This document shows, one piece after another, positions 35,865 through 48,571 of a DNA stretch of 64,000 bases; the first letter of the stretch is position 1, and the number at the start of each line of letters is the position of its first letter. The translations under genes and the position numbers were made by a program. The stretch lies in NCBI GenBank assembly GCA_010093815.1, contig ML996565.1; one strand, written 5' to 3'. Origin of the DNA: Pseudovirgaria hyperparasitica. Its lineage: Eukaryota. The notes beneath the pieces are model-generated. The model was not told where the DNA came from. It was given only the letters and a program-made list of their open reading frames with translations, and searched no databases.

Positions 35865-38605
35865 ATGTCTCAATATCCCTCACGTCCTGATACCGACCAA
35901 GATCGCTTCTATCAGCCTACTTTCAAGGTGACCATGAGCTCTCGATTACCACCACCACCCTGCCCTATCGCCAGGGCCTACACTACGTGTCCACCTCGCG
36001 GTGCCCTTCAATTTGCCAAACCTGCGCATAATAACAGTCCAGTCTGCAAGGAATATCGATACGAGGATAGAGAGATGGTTTTCTCAGACGAGTCATCATC
36101 TAGCAGACAGAATGTCGACTCTAGCACGGAGCGAAAGCAACGTGAAAGAGATAGATCTACTTCCGTGTTGAGTCCGTACAGAACGCCATCTGATCAAGCC
36201 AACAAGCAACGTACCTCTCCAGGTCATAATACAGGTGAGAGGTCTTCATTATCTATTCACTTTTTCAGCGGACTAACTTGAGCCCTGTTGCAGAAGCAGG
36301 TATTCCCTTGAATGACCATGATCATCGTCGAAATCCTGTCCCACGACACTCAGCGCTTAATGACCCCTGTACGGCTCAAGCACAGCGATATAAAGCATCG
36401 ATTGAACATGAGAGACCAGACGAAATCACAACTGCTACAGTTACTGGTGGCCCAAGAGATACAGACTTTCACCACACTGGTGGAATATTAGGACAGCATG
36501 ATACGGAGAGGAAGAGACCATCTTCATCAAAGGCTACCGTTAGCATCCGTAGTGCTCAACCTCCTGGCACACTCCACAGAACCAGGGGTACACCGGTGCC
36601 GGGTGTTATCGTATCGGACCTGGAGGTCCCACATGACATCCCGGTAATCAGTAGAGAGGGTAAACATATCATGCGATACGTCATGTCGATGGAGGAGGAG
36701 ATGCGGCTTGCTTTCGAAGATGTTGCCATGCATCTCACACCTGACGGAGGTGACGAAGTCTACTGGTCAGCGCTCGTGGAAAAAGGCGCTGAAATCGTAA
36801 GCACCGCGGTGCAAACATACCTTGGTCTGCTCGATACATGCAAACTCCAGAATCTGCCTGACGGGCGCGTTGATTACGGCAATCGATCGAGGAATGAGGG
36901 TAGTGTTCCAAAGCCTTATCTCGACTCTTCAGGTGCAACTCGCCGCGATGAGAAGATCGATCATCAAGCCGTACTGACACCTAACATGCCCCTGAAAAAG
37001 GCTATGAAGAGTCCAGTCAGGATTGAAGCTTTGAGCAAGGCCAGGCTTGAGACGGAGCCGCCTGAGAAGATGAGGGCATCTACACAGAGCAGCACAATGC
37101 ATCATCAGAATGCCGTTAACGACAAAGAGGCCAAAGAAAAATTCTTGAAATACGGCAAAGAGCTTCAGCACAACTCTCCTTACAGCGAGTTGATGCTTTC
37201 CAGGTGGGCTCCGAAGCATATCCCAGTGCCCGAATCGCAGCAAAAACTCCATCCCCAGCATTCTCGCAATGCACCAGTCACAGCCACCCGATATCGCAAG
37301 CTGGAACTTCGAAAGCAGCGCGCAACAAATGCAACCCTCGCTCCCCATGATAAGATCCACAGTCACAACTATCTCAAGGGCAAGGACGAGGAGATAAAGG
37401 CGGCACTGCACCACCGTAACAAACTTATCGATCATGCACGCATACGAGCATACCACTCGCGCGTCCTTCGCGATAAGGTCCCGGAGAACGCGTCGAGAAT
37501 GAAGATTTACTCTTTGACTCACCTGAAGAAAACGTACCAGGAGGGTGTGGTCAAGAGCATGGAAGCTATTGATCGAGCGATCACGGGCGGCGCCAGTACC
37601 AATCAAATCTGCGGACTTGTGAAGAATCGGGATCAAGCAACTGCTCTGCTTGATTTTGCCAAAGACCTTCTGGCTAAGGAACAAGCTGTTCTCGCTGGTT
37701 ATACAGCGGTCAAAGGTGCGTCTGATGGGAGGGTTGAGAATGAAGCCTCGTATGATAATGAGAGATCGGGTGCTTCTTCATCTTTGACGGAACATTCCGA
37801 TCGCTGTGAGCAACAGAACGATGGTGAGAGTGATGAGAAAGGTGATGAAGACAGTGACGAGAACAGTGACGGGGACAGTGAAACTGAAGGTCCCGAGGGA
37901 AACGACGAAGATAGCGAGGACGACAGCGAAGACAATAAAAATGCTAACATAGAAGCAAACAACGCGAAGGTCCACCACGCTCTCGAAAATACTACCAAGC
38001 TCTTCGCAGAGCCCAATGCCACAACAAGCCCAACAATGAAGCAGCACACCGCCAGAAACACTGCGCCTCCATACCAGACCTCCAAGACATCCATCCACCA
38101 GAATCAAATTCTCAAGGCCCCTACCATCTCCCCTGGCCAATACCTACTCCCTTCAGCCCGGGCAACCTCCTTACATGCTAGCGCCACCTCCGGCCCTGTA
38201 TCGAAATCCGAGCAGGCGTACAAGTCCAATAGCAACTTCGACCAAGGATGTAAGTCCGTGAATGCCACATGTTCGGTCGCACCTTGCGACCCGAGTCGGA
38301 GCAAGCGCGCAATTCCCAAGTCACGATTGGTCACCAGAGATGTGCCTGTCCCGGCGTCGGCTAGTGGTGCTGCACTCCCGGAGTTCAGGTTTCCGGCGCT
38401 TGAGAAGGGCGTTAACACGTCGCCGTCGCTTTCGGCTGAAGCCAACGGCTCTGCAACAGGGGGGATTGTTGATGGAACTGATGTTCTGTATGAGCATAGA
38501 AACTTCGGTGTCATCGGTTCTGGTGTTGTCAGCATTGATGATGCATGGTTGGACAGTGATGTATCTGAAAACAACGAGTGGGAGATCATTGACGGAAGTG
38601 AATGA
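35865..38605 (+). CDS. Hypothetical protein (about 890 aa) with an acidic tract; no family recognised
   Basis: ORFs 35865..36281 and 36278..38605 join in frame through intron 36235..36293 (GTGAGA...CTAAC...CAG). Confidence 0.7.
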
Positions 38606-39672
38606 GAGATTTATTTGTTGAGGATTGAGGGCATAAGAGGATACATTCATGATGAAGGGAAAGTGAAGGACAGGGAGAGACGAGGAAGTAGATTAGGTGG
38701 ATCGGAAGAGCACGATCACACTTCGTCTTCGTGACTCCATACACACTGGGCAAGTATTGTAGGCTATGATGCTAGGATGCAATTAAATATGCGATTCACC
38801 CTTCTCTTCAATCTTTCACTGTTACTAACAGCATACGTGATCATCCAATACAAACTTTACAGCAACATTTGCTCGCCTATACGATACTCCACACTCAGAC
38901 TATGAGTCTATGATCTCGACTCAACATCTCTATCTTTACATCATACCGAAAATTTGATCTCAAATACTGTTCGAAAACTCCGGTCGCTAATTGTAGCGCC
39001 GCTTCTATCTTTGTACCAGCATAGCCCCTGGTTAGCATAGCGCTGCTGGCCTTATACACTAGCTCGTCACTTGCAAGCTAGTGTGTTGGGCGCCTTGTTC
39101 CGCAGGTTTATTTCCGTGCACGTAAGCAAGCCGTTAAACATAAGTCTAACCTCAGATTAGGACTTATAGAAGTGTAAGGCTAATGCATTGAATAGGCATA
39201 ACGAAAGAATAAAGTCTCCTCTACCTACTGAACTAATCCTAGAATTATCTATCCCATTTTGGACGAGTCGTGTATTTATTATCGCTATCACCCTCAAAGC
39301 TCCTAATGTTCGCGGAAAAAGACCGGTGGAGAACCATGGTATGGTGCAAGCACCGGCTTTGTTTAGTGCGAGAAATGGTCTATCTATTCAGACGTGAGGG
39401 AACCAATTACATGGGAGCAGTTTTTGGCACGAGCAGGTAGCCTGGAGGCCTGGGAGTAAGGGGTGGAGGCGAATTTAAGGGACGGTGGGCCTGGTGAGTG
39501 TTTACCTGCCTCGGTCTGCTTCCTCACCTACTCCTGTTAATACATCTCCTGTGTTTTGTTTTTTCGCGTGTCCGATCGCTGGCATTCATATGTACTACTT
39601 TGTATCATCTACTTCAGTCGTTCTGTTTCTTAATGGGTTGCTTTGTCGTGCGACAATTGTACAGTCATAAAC

Positions 39673-40708
39673 ATGATATCACTCGCTCTGAGTGTGATAC
39701 TTTTTTCCGCACCTCTCGCATGGGCTCAAGATGCGTTCTCTAAGCCCGATACTAATACGAGAGATTTCGACGCGACTTTGTCCGTAGACCAGGGCACAAC
39801 AGCGGAGGTTGATTGGATATTGACAAGTCAGTTTCATGGCAAAAGGAGGTCCCAGTCACGACTAATACTCTCTCTACGCAGCCGAAAATGCAAACACCGA
39901 ATACTACACAACCGATCCGGACAACAGCGCAGACCTCTTTAACGACAAGGGTGAGATTTCTGTCTGGTTGACAAGTTTCAAAGATCAGGACAACGACAAT
40001 GGATACTGGAAGTGTCTCGCTCCACACCTCAACACCGCCAGCGGCGGCACTTTACAGTGGAACGTCTATCTGTCAAACGATGACATAGATAATCACAACG
40101 GCCAGTTCGTGTACCGTCTCAAGCCACCCGTCGCAGATGTCAATGTCAGATTCAACAATTCTCTCATCGAGGCTCCCTCAAGGGGCTTCTATATCCTGAA
40201 GCAGGTCGCTGCCGCCTCATCATCCGCAGGCATACCTGGAGCAACTCAAAGCCCAACTGCACAGTCGTCAAGCGCAACATCTCCAACACCTAGTGCACAC
40301 ACTGGCTCCACATTACAAGGCTCGCAATCCAGTAGTATCAGTACTGGTGCTATTGCTGGCGCAGCCGTAGGCTGTGTCGCAGCTGTCGGTGCTCTTGCCG
40401 CCGGTGTGTTCTTCTACCTCCGAAGACGTTGCTCCGCTAAGAAGAGAGCTGCCCTAGCTAACAATATGTCTGGTGGGTATATGAACGGGGAGCATGGTGC
40501 GCCGCCGGTGTACACGGGTGGTGTAGCTGGTATGAGTGAGCATGGAGGCTATGCAACTGCGAGTGCGGACCAAGCGTATTACCCAATGAAGAATCAGGGT
40601 ACATACGAATACACCGGCCCAGCTGAAATGAGCGGTGTTGAGCGGGGGCCGGTGGAGTTGGGTCACGATGGTCAGCAGAGGAAAGCTGCTGCGGCGGAAC
40701 TGGCGTAA
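39673..40708 (+). CDS. Type I single-pass membrane protein with signal peptide and Ser/Thr-rich stalk (Mid2-like architecture), about 326 aa
   Basis: MISLALSVILFSAPLAWA signal, intron 39827..39881, TM segment GAIAGAAVGCVAAVGALAAGVFFYL followed by RRR, tail with PAEM/PVEL motifs. Confidence 0.8.
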
Positions 40709-40938
40709 TAGACACACGCGCGAGGATGATGGATCGATAGAGCTCATGGATGTTCCATCGTTTGTGCATGGGTAACCGATTGTAATGATAACTGTGTGTT
40801 CTGATATTAGTATGAAGTTCCAAGTTGAAGGCGCGACGGAGAACCGAACCTGCGACGTCACCTTGCTATTTCACTTATTATCTGCGTGCAACGAGACGTA
40901 GCCCATATATAATAAATCCTTGGTACACATTTCAGGTC

Positions 40939-41238
40939 TCATACGATTCTGTCCAAACCAGTCCTCAGCTTGCTTCCACCCATCTCAGTGTCTGGGCTCG
41001 TCAGCTTCGTACAAGAATAAGTACAACTCTGTGTGTGATGTCGTCTGCTCCCGGGAGAGAATACTAGCCTACCTTCAGCATCATACCACTCACGGTCTCT
41101 CAAAGAACTCCAGTTCTTGATCCACCACATAATCAACGGTACGAAGAATAGAGAGATCAGGATTGTGATGGCGATGATAGTTGCCGGGTCGAAGCCTTGA
41201 CAGCAACTGGTCGGGAGGACAGGATCCGCGCGAGGCAT
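40939..41238 (-). CDS. Possible small single-TM protein (99 aa)
   Basis: ATG-started ORF with one hydrophobic stretch (IIAITILISLFFVPLIMWWI); no other support. Confidence 0.35.
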   Translation of the reverse strand: MPRADPVLPTSCCQGFDPATIIAITILISLFFVPLIMWWIKNWSSLRDREWYDAEGRLVFSPGSRRHHTQSCTYSCTKLTSPDTEMGGSKLRTGLDRIV

Positions 41239-42208
41239 CCCTAGTTTGCTACTCGCTGTTTCGAGATAGTTTGTGAGCGCCGTATTGCAAGGGGCGAGAT
41301 CCGTGAGGCTATATGAATTTGTGCGTCGCTTTTCCAATGGAGCTGTAGGCCTGCTGCCATTGATCTCAGTGGATGAGGTAGAGCGACATTTATGGATATC
41401 GATGAAGGTCCTGTAGAACGGTGAGTCGGAATTTTTAGAGCTTCCCGCAGCCAAAACGTAAGAAAAGGTTCTAAGAAACTTCTGGTGTCTGACAAAGGCC
41501 GGTGTTGATGACGACGCAAGCGCGAACCGCCAAGCCTGTCTAAGTTAGTTAACGGGAGCTAGGTTCTGTCGGCACAAGTCAAAACATCCATGTCTCTTGG
41601 CGGGGCAAGCCTTGCTCCAGACCCTTCAAATGACGTTATGTAGGTACTAGAAAGTGAATAGCTGAACATCGGCTTGCCGAAAGCCGGAGCCCAAACAACG
41701 TAGTATAAATCGGTACATGGGGTCATACATATATGATGTTACTCCCACATTAATAAGTAATTAGTTACCAGACGAAGAGTAACCTTATTGACCTTGCTAA
41801 GCAGTAAAGATTACTTATTTGAAATTGGTCATATTGGGGAATATAGATGTTCCCACTTTTGGTATCTACCTTCTGATTCTAGCCCCGGACTTAGACTTTA
41901 GGTATTGCAACGTTAATAAGTCGTTCAGTCTGATACACGTCATCCACTTTACGGGAGCACATTTACATCACCTCAGTGAGTCATGGATTGGGATTATGCC
42001 AAAGTTAAGACTTTTGATTGATGTTATATGATCTGGATGTGCACATACTGAAGTCTGGACCTCCTTGTTCGTAACTGACACACGAGTCAGGAGAATAGCC
42101 TTCAGCATATGTGCCAGTAATAGATTGCAGGCCAGACCTCTGCCGTGGAAGTCATGGCGTACCATTTATTGCATTGCCGGAGCTACAGTACTTCCTGCAT
42201 CGTGTGTA

Positions 42209-43955
42209 CTACTCTCTCACCTTGAATTGTACAAACGGCCCCTTTCGGTACCCTACCATCGCGTCACCGGCTTGATATTGAGTCTTATCCGTCCTTCCCC
42301 ATCCCAGCTCGTCCCTGCCCATCCCAGTCGTGTCACCTTGCGCCAACACCAGATCAAGCCTCCACAGTGTTCGTCCAAATATCAATCGCAGCTCCTCCCA
42401 AGCCAGCGTCTTCCCCGGGCAGCCCCTTGGGCCTAGTGAGAACGGGAAATTAGCAGTCTCAGCTCGAGCTACATCTGCTGCTGTGATATCTCCCCCTACG
42501 ATCCACCGTTCTGGCCTGAAAACGAATGGGTCTCTAAAATGGTCCGCAGAGTGATGTAGCACGTACGACGAACTACCAACAATTGTGCCAGCGGGGAAGA
42601 ATGCATCGCCGACTTTGAGGCCGCCGGGGAGGACTTCGCGTGAATGATCAGCATTTCCGGAAGAGCTCATGCGGAGTGCTTCGTTGATGCAAGCGTCTAG
42701 ATACTTGCAGCGACTCAAGGCCTGGCCGGCCTTGATATCGTCGAGTGATATGAAAGTCGAGCGAATCTCCTGGGTCAAAGTCCAGAGTACACGTGGATTG
42801 TGCGCAAGGTAGAAAAAGAGAGCAGCAGTTACGTGCGAGGTTGTGTCGGTCCCGCCGATCATGAACATGCCGGCTTCCTCTACTAGAGCTCCGTGCGACA
42901 TGATGACTTTTCCTTCGTCTCGGGCTTTGAAAATAAAGTGTAGTAGATCCTTTCGCCGCACGTCAATGCCTTTCTTTTCATTGAGCTCTTCCTCCTCAAG
43001 TCGAGTAAGAACCAATCGCTCGACTGTCTGAAAATACCTTTTGATAGAGGCCGGAGTAATCTCTCGCATCAGTGCGTCCAGTCCTCGTGGTTTGAGCCAG
43101 ATCCATAGCTTGACACATGGAGATTTTGCAATCTGTGGTTTGTGTTAGCAAAATGTGAAGGCTTCCTTAAATATACTTGTGTTTTACCATGTAATTGATC
43201 TTCATGAACTGCTGAATACTGCGAGATGTCTCTCGCATTTCGTTCTCACGATGCTCCTTGACGTTAAAGCTCTTGCCATAGCAAAGATCACAGATGATGT
43301 CGAAAACAAGAGCATCAGCTTCACCAACCATATCCCGTGGACTACTCCATGTCTTAGAAGATCCGCCAATCACTAGCAGATCGCCCCACCTGTCGATGTT
43401 TTCTATCACAACTGGCTCAGCGGCTTTGACATTTCGTTCAGATAGCGCACTCTGAACGAAACGTCGATAAGGCTGATACTCTTCCTTAGAAAGCTTGGTA
43501 AATGTGTTATAGATGCCCCATGTTTTCGCGTACGCCAAATAAGCCTCGGCTTTTTGGGTGTTTGCTTTAACGTCGTATATCCGGTGAAAACCTTCCACAG
43601 ACGATATGACGACGCTATTCGGGCCTATCCGGACTATTGGTCCTGTTGAAAGAGTCACTAAACTAGTACAATAAGTTGACAATTAGGAATGCACCATATT
43701 TCTCGTGCATTTGCCACAGCCATATGTGACGATTAAGTTTCACTGTGTGCCAATAGGATTCTATGTCGCTAAACTTGGCTGAAACAGGGCCCGGATATCT
43801 TGACAATGGGCCTAAGAGTGCTGTATATAACAGTTTCGTTACATACTTTGTCAGTGAGCATGGGACAGAATGAATGGTCGGCAACTTACGTAGATGTAAA
43901 GTAGTACTAGAGAGAGAAGAGGAAGAATACGAGAGAATTGATACACTTCTAACAT
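42209..43955 (-). CDS. Cytochrome P450 monooxygenase
   Basis: N-terminal anchor and PLSRYPGP, I-helix GGTDTT, EALR, PERW, heme motif FSLGPRGCPG; introns 43889..43846, 43694..43643, 43187..43133. Confidence 0.95.
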
Positions 43956-45152
43956 ATTTGCGCAGTCGGAATTGGTATAGATGAGAAACGGAGCAACGTA
44001 TACAATCAGTCACAGTGAGCGTAGGACACGAAAATCATCTGATATACGTTACGTTGACATTAAGCCAAATTTGCGACTTGGGCCCTAGAGCTGGATATAT
44101 ATTATTATCAGGCAAGCCATGTGGGTCGCAAGCCTTATCGGTTTTCTCCTTGGGCAACGACAACTATTACCTGCCCTCATTGCAGGTGGTCCCGCAGCTT
44201 GTCCGCACCATGTCATGCTGATCACTCCAATGGTCGGTATCAAACTTCACGAAATTGACTGAATACTAATAGACGCTCCATATCTAAGGCTATATGCATA
44301 GGACAAAATAACGGATGGCTTATAGAACTCTATCATTTCGTAAGTAAGTGTTCCGGTACTTCTCGTTGCTCTACTTTGTTTACTATCCCTTGATACGTCA
44401 CCATGATTCTTCCGTCAAGCATCTGCTTGTCCGACTGATTGCGGAACATACTTGGCCATTGCAGTGGTCTGTAGGAGCCGCGGGACTGTCTCGTCTAGCA
44501 GTATCCCTCGCTATTTTAACTTCGGACTATATGTATATCTCTCACAGGTTCTGTACTAAATCTAGATATATCTTTATTTATGCTTTACTCCCCCTTAGTC
44601 GACTGCAGTACTGTAGGTTGCATCAAGATCTCCCAAGCTTTGCAGATTATAGACTGTAGAGTTCTGTACCACACTGTCAACGGAGTTTTGTCACACATAC
44701 ATGCGGATGGGGCGAATATGCGTTGGAGCGGAACTTATCCTTGGCAGAATATGCGCAATCATGTATGAACACATCCGCTTGGAAGAGAGTGACAAGCCAA
44801 GGACAGGAAAATTGCGAGTGACTGTACGATAACGCCGAGGGGTGTACTTTCAGGCGAGACATGAGGTCATAGATTCGATGTCAACCATATCATCCAAGAT
44901 CACGCGTCCAAAAATCTCGTCTTTGGAGGAAGTGGCGAGATGTTCGGATTTGGCTACATTTTTGCCAAGAGTACCTATTCACCTCTACAGCAGATGACTT
45001 TTTTCGATCCTACCTAAGAACCCTGGAGCCGGACAGTCTGCCCTACTGAAGGTGTCGAGAGGTATACAAATTTGTTAAGAAACTACGCCAGTAAAATAAT
45101 ATATATCATACTACGCTTGTTGGCAGTATAGACCCCCTGCCATGGATTATTT

Positions 45153-46670
45153 CTAGTGCATAACAAGTTCGACGACCTTGTAAGAAGTTTTAGCATAGAG
45201 GAACCAGAGCGAAATGATAAACACCGCGATAAGCATCATAACGGCGGAGACATATTTCATCTGACTCGCGCGCACTTCCGCGTATGAAGGAAAACAATAG
45301 AATATCAAAGCTGTCACTGTCCAGGCCAGCATGATGAGATTTGCAAGAAGACCTAATCTGGGATACCAAAAGTGGCCGTGGCGAAAGTTAGACCTACCGT
45401 GCCAAAGCACTAGTAAAGTTGGGATGCTATAGCTGAGGTATTGTAGCAGAATTCCCGTCGCTATGAGTGAGTTGAAGGCTAGCTCAGAAGCGAGATAGAG
45501 GCATCCAAAAAGTGCCGTACCAACGGCTGAACCTAGCAATGACCATATAGGTGTATAGAAAGGATGGGGAAATATCTTGCTAAAGTGGGGATGAAGGGGA
45601 AAGCCAGATTCACGACTGATAGTCCATGCAAGACGGGATTGCCAAGTCTGTATGCCCCAGACGGAGGCTAGAACGAGAATCAAAACAGGAATCCAAAGGC
45701 CAACTGCTGCGGCTTTACTGTCGGTAATTCGGTAGAAGATATCAACGCCTGAGTAGCTCGCCTCTTCAATAGGACCGATATTGAGGAGAATGGCGAGAAC
45801 CATAAGCATACCACTGCTGGAAGCGATGACTATGGTCCAGATCAAAGCCTTCGGAATGTTGGTCTCAGGCGATGGAATCTCTTCTGCCAAGTGGGTTGCA
45901 ACATCCAAGCAAGAGAAACACCAGTTGATACCATTGCAGCCGATTATGAATGCCACACCATTTGGCCAACCAGATACATTGTTGATTGTGAAGAAGTTTG
46001 TTGCGCTTGTGTGTGTGCTAGACGTTGCAAACAGTGTAACGACAATGACGCCGACCGAAAGGACGTTGAACCCTAGTATATAGCTTGACATGCTCGGTAG
46101 CACATGCAAAAAACAAGCTCCTAAGCAAGTCACGACGTTAATAACTTGGAACATGAGAAAACCCATCCATCTTTGGTAAACAAAACTAGGACGGAGTAGT
46201 GTAACGATGGAAAATGCATTTAGCGGTACGGAAAGATTTCCCGAAGCTCCAGTCGCGATTGCAGATATCCAACTAATCATCGCAGTGGTGTATGATAAGC
46301 CGCGCCTGTATCGCTCTGGCGCAAGCTTATTGACCCATATGTACTGCCCTCCTGGATGAGGCATTGCTGAGATCAATTCTGCAAGAGTTGTTGCTGTGGC
46401 AAGGCCGACTACGGCCATGAGGAGGAATCCCCAGAATACTTGCGGTGAGCCGCCAAGGGGAATGGTGGTGGCGATTACGAGGGGAATGCCCACTGCGGTA
46501 TTGGTAACGCCATAGCCTATACCGATAGCGGAGAGAGTATTGAAGGGTTTTTGTGTTTGGGTTGTACGGCCATGTTTAGTTGCAATTTTGTTTGTTTGGT
46601 TTTCAAGCTCGGTCACTCCTTGAGGTATTTCCTGAGGTTCCAAAAGAGTGGAGGAGTTTGGCGAGACCAT
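45153..46670 (-). CDS. swnT: APC-family amino-acid/choline-type permease; SWN cluster transporter
   Basis: LAELISAMPHPGGQYIW, THLAEEIPSPETNIPKA, many TM helices; position next to six other SWN-type genes. Confidence 0.85.
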   Translation of the reverse strand: MVSPNSSTLLEPQEIPQGVTELENQTNKIATKHGRTTQTQKPFNTLSAIGIGYGVTNTAVGIPLVIATTIPLGGSPQVFWGFLLMAVVGLATATTLAELISAMPHPGGQYIWVNKLAPERYRRGLSYTTAMISWISAIATGASGNLSVPLNAFSIVTLLRPSFVYQRWMGFLMFQVINVVTCLGACFLHVLPSMSSYILGFNVLSVGVIVVTLFATSSTHTSATNFFTINNVSGWPNGVAFIIGCNGINWCFSCLDVATHLAEEIPSPETNIPKALIWTIVIASSSGMLMVLAILLNIGPIEEASYSGVDIFYRITDSKAAAVGLWIPVLILVLASVWGIQTWQSRLAWTISRESGFPLHPHFSKIFPHPFYTPIWSLLGSAVGTALFGCLYLASELAFNSLIATGILLQYLSYSIPTLLVLWHGRSNFRHGHFWYPRLGLLANLIMLAWTVTALIFYCFPSYAEVRASQMKYVSAVMMLIAVFIISLWFLYAKTSYKVVELVMH

Positions 46671-47138
46671 ATTGGAAAGCGGGATCTGAACGCAGAACAC
46701 CGTTGTATGTGTCTGGTAATTCGCCGATGCTATGGGAGACCAGGGATCTGATGGGAAATGGATGTCACCATGAGCTCTGTTCTCTCGCTTGCAGATATAA
46801 GTCCGGAGGCCATGGTCAGCTCAACTTGGGTGTGAAGCACGCAGAGCATATCATGCATAGAGCTTATGCAGCATGTCAATTACCATTGCATGAAAGTGGA
46901 ACACGGACGAAGACACAATGTGCAGCGAGGTGTGACGTGTCACTCACTGCATAATGGCAAGGTTCCCCTCACCGAGTCTGTGCGTATCTTGCAGCATATC
47001 TCAACATGAACAGTATCTTTGATCCGGACAATAATAAGGACATGAGGCTAGGGAACATGCTAAACGGTTCATGTTGCGCCCTTGGAATGGTTTACGGATC
47101 GTCCCTTCGGCCTAACTTCAATTCAGGACAGCCTCAAG

Positions 47139-48132
47139 ATGCCTGGATTTCCGCCACCCGTCGACCCATTATACCAACCATCCACTCAGATCACCAGAGT
47201 ATCTGCGAAAACGCCTATTCCGGTGCTCCTTACTATCCTTGAGCAATGGGGCGCCCTAATCTTGACTGACCTCGTCTCGCTCGAGGACATTGCAGCAGTC
47301 AACAATGAAGTAGAACCATACATACAACAATCAAAGACAGAAAGCCACGAAGCTTATGATTTAATTCCTAGTCAGACAACCATGATTCCGGGAGTTGTTG
47401 GAAAGTCTCCAACTATGGCCAAAATCGCCGAATTCGATGTGATTGACAAGCTCCGGACAGCCGTCTTGGAGAAACAGTGCACCGCAACTTGGGAAGATAG
47501 AACAGAAGAGTTCAGGATAGGTCCACTCTTGAGTAGCAGTTTGACTTACCACATCGGGTACGGTGCTCCTCGGCAAAGGTTGCACAGAGATGATATGATT
47601 CATGGAATTTATCACGAAGGCGAAGGCGAATATAGCCTGAAGAATGAAACAACTCTAGGTTTCATGATCGCTGGGTCGAAGACTACTCGTGAGAATGGAG
47701 CGACGATGGCGATTCCGGGCTCTCATAAATGGAGTCATACTCGAGTTCCGAGGATTGACGAAGTTTGTTTTGCAGGTACGATTCTCTTTGTTTTGCAAGT
47801 TGCTTGTTACAATAGTCCAAGGTAGTGCTCACCATGATCTAGAGATGGACCCTGGATCAGCTTTGGTGTTCCTTGGCACTGTGTATCATGGGGGTGGTCA
47901 TAACTCTGTACCCGATGCGGTGCGAAAAATGTATGGTCTATTTTTCATTCCGGGCACGCATCGTCCAGAGGAAAATCAATTTCTTGCTATCCCAAGGAGT
48001 AAGGTCCTCAACATGAGCGATAAAATGCTCAGTCTGCTTGGTTATAGGAAACCGGAAACTTGGCTTGGTATTGTCAACAATGGGGACCCTGCGGAGAGCC
48101 TTGGAGAAGTTTTGGCTTGGGCAAATACCTAG
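47139..48132 (+). CDS. swnH1: PhyH-family 2OG/Fe(II) dioxygenase; SWN cluster hydroxylase
   Basis: QRLHRDD, ENGATMAIPGSHKW, YHGGG, RPEENQFL; intron 47776..47842. H1 versus H2 naming is from memory of the Metarhizium proteins and is tentative. Confidence 0.8.
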
Positions 48133-48571
48133 GACAGCATTGCTGTAGATGCAAGTGTGCAGATCACAGTGCTGTATGCGCTTAACGAGAACGTTTCAAC
48201 TCCATGTCAATTACAGTAACACCCCTGCTTGTATGCAATAAGGAATCTTTTGCGATTTGGAGCGAATAGGCGAATAATGTACGTTTATATTACTAAACCG
48301 GGGCACATGCACAGTAAGATCAAGATGCGTATCGAGAGGAAAAGGGATTATTAATAAAGTTTCCATGCAACGTCACGGTCCAGGGGCTCAGGGAATATGG
48401 ACTGTGTAAGGATATTCAAAGTGCAGTACGACATTGCAGGTACCCGCGCGCCACACGCGGTAAGACTGATGTGGGATGATGATGGTCATCCTCGCAATTC
48501 AATAATACACAAATAAGCTCGCCTTCCTATATCAACTTCCAACAGACTCTGCAGCAAGTGGTCGTAGAGAT

